A stretch of 64,000 nt of DNA from Sphingobacteriales bacterium (GTDB lineage: Bacteria > Bacteroidota > Bacteroidia > AKYH767-A > OLB10), in NCBI GenBank assembly GCA_021299095.1, contig JAJTFW010000004.1, positions 4,737 through 68,736 of the forward strand, written 5' to 3'. A program made the translations under genes and the position numbers. The notes beneath the pieces were generated by a model, which did no database searches, was not told the DNA's origin, and was given only the letters and a program-made list of their open reading frames with translations. Positions 58,276-64,000 of the stretch are shown here, one piece after another; the stretch's first letter is position 1; each line of letters starts with the position of its first letter.

Positions 58276-58973
58276 GGGGTTTCGCTTGCTGGTGGAAATA
58301 TCAGGGACAAAATTAAGTACAAAAGTACGATCAGGGGGATGCCCTCTAGGCCCAACAGGACCACCAGTGGAATACCGGTCAGGACAAGGGCAATGGGTCC
58401 CAAGTTCTTTCTCCATCCCATCCGGTTGAACTTCAGTGAGAACAGGGGGATTTCGGCAATAAGTAATGCACTGGAAACAACACTGAAAACCATCCAGAAT
58501 CCGGCATGACTGGTTAGGCCCATCAGTATTCCACTGCTATTGGCGGATGAAGCCACGAGTGGTAATATCCAGCCCGCATTGGCCGGTGTTGGCAAGCCGA
58601 TGAAGTGTCGGGTCTGACGGGAGTCGGTGTTGAATTTCGCCAGGCGCAGTGCCGAGAACAATGTGACCGAAAAACCTGCGTAGGCGAACGGAACCGGAAG
58701 GCCGGATTCGACCAGTGTGTCGCCCAGAATAATAAAAATGGCTAGTCCGGGTACGAATCCGAAACTGACCATATCGGCCAGTGAGTCGAGTTCTTTGCCG
58801 ATGGGGCTGTATGCACGCAGAGCTCGGGCGGCGAGGCCGTCAAGGAAGTCGAAAACCATGGCCGCACCTGTGAGCCAAAGTGCTCCAATCGTATCGCTCT
58901 GCATTAGGGCGACTACAGCTAGGCAGCCGCAGAGCAAATTCGCCAGGGTGAGTAGATTGGGAATGTGGCGCAT
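58272..58973 (-). CDS. pssA: CDP-diacylglycerol--serine O-phosphatidyltransferase (CDP-alcohol phosphatidyltransferase family)
   Basis: It has the D-x2-DG-x2-AR-x8-G-x3-D-x3-D motif (DFLDGLAARALRAYSPIGKELDSLAD) and is a polytopic membrane protein. Confidence 0.85.
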   Translation of the reverse strand: MRHIPNLLTLANLLCGCLAVVALMQSDTIGALWLTGAAMVFDFLDGLAARALRAYSPIGKELDSLADMVSFGFVPGLAIFIILGDTLVESGLPVPFAYAGFSVTLFSALRLAKFNTDSRQTRHFIGLPTPANAGWILPLVASSANSSGILMGLTSHAGFWMVFSVVSSALLIAEIPLFSLKFNRMGWRKNLGPIALVLTGIPLVVLLGLEGIPLIVLLYLILSLIFPPASETP

Positions 58974-59056
58974 CGGGATACGAAGATAAGGGGATTGTCA
59001 GCCCGCAGGTGTTCAAATTTTACACGTGAATGGGGAATCGTTGCGTTGTTTCGGCT

Positions 59057-59064
59057 TACATTTG
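59057..59064 (+). promoter_or_regulatory. Bacteroidota -7 box (TAnnTTTG)
   Basis: TACATTTG lies 61 nt upstream of ATG 59126. Confidence 0.3.
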
Positions 59065-59125
59065 ATATACCTGCATGTGTGTTTTAACGTTCTGAACTCA
59101 AGTCTCAGAAACTCGATCATCCAAT

Positions 59126-60226
59126 ATGTCAAAACCGATTCTATTCATTTTCCTGCTTATCCTTTCCTTATCCGCCTCATCCCAGACATTGGCTCCGAAA
59201 TACAGCAATGAGTTTCTGGCAATCGGAGTGGGGGCCCGTGCACTAGGCATGAGTGGCGCTGTATCTTCACTGAGCGATGATGTGACTTCCGGCTACTGGA
59301 ATCCTGCAGGGCTAACGCGTGTACGCGGAAACCTTCAGGTGGCGCTGATGCACAGCGAGTATTTTGCCGGTATTGCCAAATATGACTACGGCGCCCTTGC
59401 TGCGCCCATTGATGCTACGAGGACCGTCGGCTTTTCTATGATCCGTTTTGCAGTGGATGATATCATCGATTCCACCGATCTGATCGACAAGGATGGGAAT
59501 ATCGATTACGATCGTTTGCGTTCCTTCAGCTCTGCGGATTATGCATTTGTTCTGTCGTACGCCCAACGCCTCAAGAAAGAAGGGTTGCGTTTCGGTGTCA
59601 ATGCGAAGGTGATTCACAGGAAGGTAGGGGAGTTTGCATCCGCCTGGGGTTTCGGTTTGGATGCGGGGCTTCAATACACGCACAACCGGTGGTCATATGC
59701 TCTCGTGGGAAAGGATATTACGTCCACATTCAATGCATGGTCATACAACACCGAACGACTCGAAACCGTGTTTCAACAAACCGGTAACGCGATTCCCGAA
59801 AACGGTCTGGAAGTCACGCTGCCAAGGCTCGTTGCCGGAGTGTCCCGTCTGATGCCTGTGGGCAAGAAATTCAGTGTGCAACCATCACTCGATCTCGACA
59901 TCACTTTTGATGGAAAGCGTAACGTACCTGTGAAAACCGATGTGTTCAGCATCGATCCGAAAATCGGCCTTGAGTTGTGTTATGATAACCTGATTTACCT
60001 GCGCGGTGGTGTTGGAAATATCCAAACTGTAAAAAACATCGATGCTAGTACCTCCACCACTGTTCAGCCCAATATGGGTCTGGGTATCCGGTTACGCAAC
60101 CTGAGCATTGATTATGCCCTGACCAACATAGGTAGTGCGTCCGGCGCCTTGTACTCGAACGTTTTTTCATTGCGTCTTGATATTTTCCGTCAGGAAAATC
60201 CTACTGACAATAAGCCTGCAAACTGA
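59126..60226 (+). CDS. PorV/PorQ-family (FadL-like) outer-membrane beta-barrel protein
   Basis: It has a signal peptide (LLILSLSASSQ) and the N-terminal motif FLAIGVGARALGMSGA...GYWNPAGL typical of the PorV/PorQ family. The barrel pattern ends in an aromatic-rich C-terminus. Confidence 0.7.
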   Translation: MSKPILFIFLLILSLSASSQTLAPKYSNEFLAIGVGARALGMSGAVSSLSDDVTSGYWNPAGLTRVRGNLQVALMHSEYFAGIAKYDYGALAAPIDATRTVGFSMIRFAVDDIIDSTDLIDKDGNIDYDRLRSFSSADYAFVLSYAQRLKKEGLRFGVNAKVIHRKVGEFASAWGFGLDAGLQYTHNRWSYALVGKDITSTFNAWSYNTERLETVFQQTGNAIPENGLEVTLPRLVAGVSRLMPVGKKFSVQPSLDLDITFDGKRNVPVKTDVFSIDPKIGLELCYDNLIYLRGGVGNIQTVKNIDASTSTTVQPNMGLGIRLRNLSIDYALTNIGSASGALYSNVFSLRLDIFRQENPTDNKPAN

Positions 60227-60227
60227 C

Positions 60228-63200
60228 ATGAGACTTCGTCTGTTAACGTTACTTTTTTTCATCTGCTGCGGTAAGATGCAGGCACAGCCATACGGAAACG
60301 AATGGATTCCGTTTTCCGGCGGCAGCGGTTACTCCGATCAGCAGTATATACGGTTGGGTATTTGGCAGGAGGGACTCTACCGCATTAGCTACCAGGACCT
60401 CCAGGTTTCCGGCGTGACACTTTCCACCTGGGCTTCGCCATCCGGATTGAAAATGTATAATCTGGGCGTTGAGCAATTCGTTCATGTTGTCGATTCATCC
60501 GGTAATGGAGTTTTCGATCAGGGCGATTATCTGGAATTTTTGGGACGTCCAAATGATGGTGCGGCGGACCGAGCGCTATACGAGGCCCCCGGATATCAGC
60601 CAAACCCCTACGTCAGCCTTTACAACGATACCGCTGCTTATTTTCTGACCTATGATCCTTCGGGTTCCTCGGGGCTTCGCATGCCATTACTTAGTGACAC
60701 AACATACTCTTCCCATCCCACAGTAAGTTATGCCATTCGTGAAGAGGTTCGTGCTTTTTCGAACAGGTATAACATTGGGCCCAGAGATTACAATGAAATT
60801 GCTGATAATCCTTTCATGGAAGGGGAAGGGTATTATACCCAGTTGATTTCGAAGAATGCCCCGTTCACTGTGAACTTTCCCGTTCAGAAGTCCCTGCAAT
60901 CACTTGCAGTGCCGGTCATTGATGTGACCTTGATGGGGGCCAATGCAAACTACCATCCATACAGGTTATCAGGAAATTCACAGGTGCTGATTGATACAAC
61001 AGTTCTTGGTTATGTAATGTCAAGGCACCGTTTCAGTCTAAATAACTTGCCTGCCAACGGCACGTATGATCTTCAATTTGCCCCCCAGAACGACACCACA
61101 TTCCCGGGTAATTTGAACTACATGCAAATGGCTTTTGCCCGGCTTAGGTATGCCCGGAATTTTGACTTCAGTGGAGAAGTGCTGCCTTTGAAGTTCAACC
61201 TTCCCCCACAAGGACTATCCACTTTGTTGTGCAATGCAGTGCCTTCCAACTCACCTCGATTATTTTTAAGCAGCGGCGATACGGTGTACCGTTCAGTAAC
61301 CGGTATCGGTGCACCATCAACACTGCTGGCTGTACTTCCTTTGTCAGGCAATGAAAAAACTGCGTTCATTACAGACGACACGCAACTACTCACGCCTGCG
61401 GGGGGCAAGGTCATCATCACCGCGGTGAATCCTGATCCGAATCCCTCACGTTACGGTAGATTCACGGATTTTACCGCTCTTCCGGCCGAAGAAGGTATGC
61501 TGATTGTAACCCATCGTACGCTTTGGAATGGTGCTACTGCCTATGCCGCAAACCGGGCATCCACCGGAAGAAATGTCGTACTCGCAGACGTAGATGAGCT
61601 CTACGATCAGTACGCCTATGGAGTTCGTAAGCATGCCTTGTCCATACGTCGTTTTTGTGATCAGATGATTGATGCATTCACCCCGGCGCCAGAGTATCTG
61701 TTGCTCCTGGGTAAATCGGTGGTCGGTTACGATTCCCGCAGCGGAGGGAACCATGCTTTGAATTTGGTTCCTACTTTCGGTGAGCCACCCTCTGATCAGA
61801 TGTTCACCTCCCGACTGAACAGCACGGATTTTAAACCAGAATTGGCTACCGGAAGGGTCTCGGCACGTACAGATGCACAAGTCTTGGCTTATCTCGACAA
61901 GATCGTTGCCTTTGATGCCGAACAGAACCAGAATCCTGCAGAATGGAAGAAGCAAGTCCTGCATTTTGGTGGCGGCACTGACTTAGGCGAGCAAAATCTA
62001 CTGGCAGCCAAACTGGATGGCTATCGTCAAGTAATCGAAGACACCTTGTTTGGTGGATTTGTTCACACCTTCCTGAAAAGTTCAACCGATCCCATACAGA
62101 TCAATCAGACCGTTTTCCTTGAACAGTTGATCGATTCCGGTTGCGCGATGATGACCTTTTATGCGCATGCTTCCGGAACATCATTCGATATTTCTACCGA
62201 TGATCCGGACAGTTACCGCAACAAAGACCGTTATCCTCTCCTGCTGGCGCAGTCTTGTTTTGTGGGCAATGTTCACACAGGAGGAAATTCACTCAATGAG
62301 CGTTTTGTTCTGACGGCCGACAAAGGTTCAATAGGCTTTATTGCCGTGCCCGAAAAGGGTCTTATTCAGCCATTGGACGACTATTCATCGAGGTTCCATG
62401 AGATCATGTTTCGTGATTCTTATGGCACAACTGTCGGTAAGGCCATGCGCCAGACCATCTCAGATATTATCCTCCCTGATTTTGAACGGCGTAGCGTGTG
62501 CATGAATATGACCTTGCACGGTGATCCCTCATTGCAAATCTATAGCTTCGACAAGGCGGATTATGCAATCGAGCAGTCCGGACTTTTCACTGAACCATCG
62601 GAGCTCACAACGGATGTCGATTCGTTCAACCTCAAAATTGCAGTCAGTAATTTTGCCCGTAACGTTTCTGACAGCATTTATGTCCTGTCAAGCCGGACCT
62701 TTCCCGACGGCACTAAACGCGATACGATTTTCAGGGTCCCATATATCACGTACCGCGACACCCTTTCTGTTACTCTTCCTATGGAAATCCGGAAAGCTTC
62801 CGGACTTAATAAAATCGAGGTGACCATTGACGTTTACGATGAAGTAGATGAAGTCGATAACGTTAACAACAATGTATCCAGTTTTCTTTTTCAGATCAAC
62901 TCTACGGATATCAATCCCGTGTATCCGCCTGAATATGCGATTGTACCGGACGATACTGTGGTGTTGACTGCAACAACGGCAACACTCGATGCGATTCCCC
63001 GCGATTACCGGTTTGAAATCGATACGGCCATTACGTTCGATAGTCCCGCGCGCTACTTTGGTGTTACGCAGTCCACATTCGGTATCGTAACCTGGAACGT
63101 TCCAGTTCCGGTTGATTCCGGTCGGGTGTATTACTGGCGTGTCGCCAACGATTCCATCAATCATCCCGATACCGCCGTGGCAGCACGGTTCAGGTGGAGG

Positions 63201-64000
63201 AGCAGTTCTTTTGTACACAAGCCGGGTGTGAATGGTTGGTCGCAAGCCCATTGGTATCAGTTTGGACGAAGCGGTTTGAGTAACATCGAACTGGTGGACT
63301 CACTCAGGCGAATGGAATACATCAATTCAAACTACTCCCTCGTCATGACACACCAGGGCGCACGGCCCAGTTACGAGATCAATGGCGTGAACATGGATTA
63401 TGGTGGGTGCTTTTTCCTGCCACAGATTGCCATTGCAGTGTTGGATTCGATTGAATTCCAAAAGCCCTGGGAAGCCGATTCCTGTTCGATGTATTACGGC
63501 AACTACAATTACTACGTCTGTTACAACAACGATGGTTGTGCGTTCAGGACACGGGCCGATAAATATTTCCTGTTCAACGTGAACAATCAGGCAGGAATCA
63601 CTAGCCTGATCAACATGATAAACAATGTTGTTCCGACTGGAAATTATATTTTGAGTTGGACGGTGTTCCCGGTCAATTTCGATACCCTGACGCAGGTAAA
63701 AGCAGCGTTCAATGCGCTTGGAATTACCGAATACGACAGCCTGCGCAATCAGGATAAGTACATGTCTTTTGTCAAAAAAGGCGATCCGTCTACTGCACTG
63801 TTCACCAAAGGGGTGTATCCCGATAGTGTACTCAGGCTTGACTATTTGCTTTCGCGCGATTGGGAGAAGGGCATCGTTTCCTCTACCGATATCGGGCCTG
63901 CTGTTTCCTGGGAGTCCTTGTATTGGGATTACAATTCGGTTGAATCGGGCACAAGTGCCGACCAGATTTACCTGCAAGTTTTTGGAATCACACCAACTGG
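60228..64000 (+). CDS. peptidase C25 (gingipain/PorU-like) family protein, 3' end outside window
   Basis: It is absent from the supplied ORF track because it has no stop inside the window. I translated it by hand from ATG 60228 to 63998 (1257 codons) without meeting a stop. It has a signal peptide (MRLRLLTLLFFICCGKMQAQ). The C25-like core reads LIVTHRTLW, VVLADVDELYDQYAYG, EYLLLLGKS and ELATGRVSA. The candidate catalytic His is in TFYAHASG (62166..62168) and the candidate Cys in LLAQSCFVGN (62256..62258). Confidence 0.75.
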   Translation, partial: MRLRLLTLLFFICCGKMQAQPYGNEWIPFSGGSGYSDQQYIRLGIWQEGLYRISYQDLQVSGVTLSTWASPSGLKMYNLGVEQFVHVVDSSGNGVFDQGDYLEFLGRPNDGAADRALYEAPGYQPNPYVSLYNDTAAYFLTYDPSGSSGLRMPLLSDTTYSSHPTVSYAIREEVRAFSNRYNIGPRDYNEIADNPFMEGEGYYTQLISKNAPFTVNFPVQKSLQSLAVPVIDVTLMGANANYHPYRLSGNSQVLIDTTVLGYVMSRHRFSLNNLPANGTYDLQFAPQNDTTFPGNLNYMQMAFARLRYARNFDFSGEVLPLKFNLPPQGLSTLLCNAVPSNSPRLFLSSGDTVYRSVTGIGAPSTLLAVLPLSGNEKTAFITDDTQLLTPAGGKVIITAVNPDPNPSRYGRFTDFTALPAEEGMLIVTHRTLWNGATAYAANRASTGRNVVLADVDELYDQYAYGVRKHALSIRRFCDQMIDAFTPAPEYLLLLGKSVVGYDSRSGGNHALNLVPTFGEPPSDQMFTSRLNSTDFKPELATGRVSARTDAQVLAYLDKIVAFDAEQNQNPAEWKKQVLHFGGGTDLGEQNLLAAKLDGYRQVIEDTLFGGFVHTFLKSSTDPIQINQTVFLEQLIDSGCAMMTFYAHASGTSFDISTDDPDSYRNKDRYPLLLAQSCFVGNVHTGGNSLNERFVLTADKGSIGFIAVPEKGLIQPLDDYSSRFHEIMFRDSYGTTVGKAMRQTISDIILPDFERRSVCMNMTLHGDPSLQIYSFDKADYAIEQSGLFTEPSELTTDVDSFNLKIAVSNFARNVSDSIYVLSSRTFPDGTKRDTIFRVPYITYRDTLSVTLPMEIRKASGLNKIEVTIDVYDEVDEVDNVNNNVSSFLFQINSTDINPVYPPEYAIVPDDTVVLTATTATLDAIPRDYRFEIDTAITFDSPARYFGVTQSTFGIVTWNVPVPVDSGRVYYWRVANDSINHPDTAVAARFRWRSSSFVHKPGVNGWSQAHWYQFGRSGLSNIELVDSLRRMEYINSNYSLVMTHQGARPSYEINGVNMDYGGCFFLPQIAIAVLDSIEFQKPWEADSCSMYYGNYNYYVCYNNDGCAFRTRADKYFLFNVNNQAGITSLINMINNVVPTGNYILSWTVFPVNFDTLTQVKAAFNALGITEYDSLRNQDKYMSFVKKGDPSTALFTKGVYPDSVLRLDYLLSRDWEKGIVSSTDIGPAVSWESLYWDYNSVESGTSADQIYLQVFGITPT

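Noticed and set aside
60249-63977. Multiple minus-strand ORFs (78 to 216 aa) listed where the track shows no plus-strand gene.
   Set aside because: The plus strand carries an uninterrupted reading frame from ATG 60228 to the window end with clear C25 peptidase similarity. The track omits it only because it lacks a stop, so the minus-strand ORFs are shadows.
1-64000. Search for rRNA, tRNA, CRISPR arrays, IS elements/transposases, integrases, and prophage or defence-island signatures.
   Set aside because: I saw no tRNA-like T-arm or acceptor patterns in the intergenic gaps. I noticed no tandem direct repeats with spacers. No ORF has transposase, integrase or phage hallmarks. The window reads as core chromosome.

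Overview
This is a dense 64 kb chromosomal segment, almost certainly from a Bacteroidota bacterium with gliding motility and a type IX secretion system (T9SS). The phylum call rests on gldH, a PorV-like/C25 PorU-like gene pair, two secreted proteins with T9SS C-terminal sorting domains, and TAnnTTTG -7 promoter boxes with no Shine-Dalgarno-like spacing. I call about 60 protein-coding genes. Most are housekeeping: ctaA, dsbD-like, lnt, radA, rlmN, ribE, pheS, pgk, holB, recQ, kpsF, tatC, lptB, purS, pssA and folE. I saw no rRNA, tRNA, CRISPR array, transposase or integrase.

All product calls come from motif and architecture recognition in the supplied translations. No database search was possible. 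Several starts were moved inward from the longest ORF to an ATG that gives a signal peptide or a conserved N-terminus.

Items worth a second look:
1. An ABC-HlyD-TolC exporter operon (36564..41578). Its ABC subunit keeps Walker A but lacks nearly all other catalytic ATPase motifs, has a Cys-less N-terminal domain, and has no cargo gene nearby.
2. A PorV-like barrel gene followed 1 nt later by a large C25 (gingipain/PorU-like) peptidase gene that runs off the window end. It is absent from the supplied ORF track. It may be a second T9SS sortase/shuttle module.
3. A probable light-response cluster: photolyase operon, CarH-like MerR/B12 regulator with W-x9-EH and E-x-H-x-x-G motifs, and folE.
4. 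A DUF5686-type gene split by a 1-nt frameshift beside T6/G4 homopolymers.
5. Two unlinked genes sharing TACCTTTGCCACATG, which implies leaderless transcripts.
6. A 409-bp ORF-free, GGGG-rich intergenic region.
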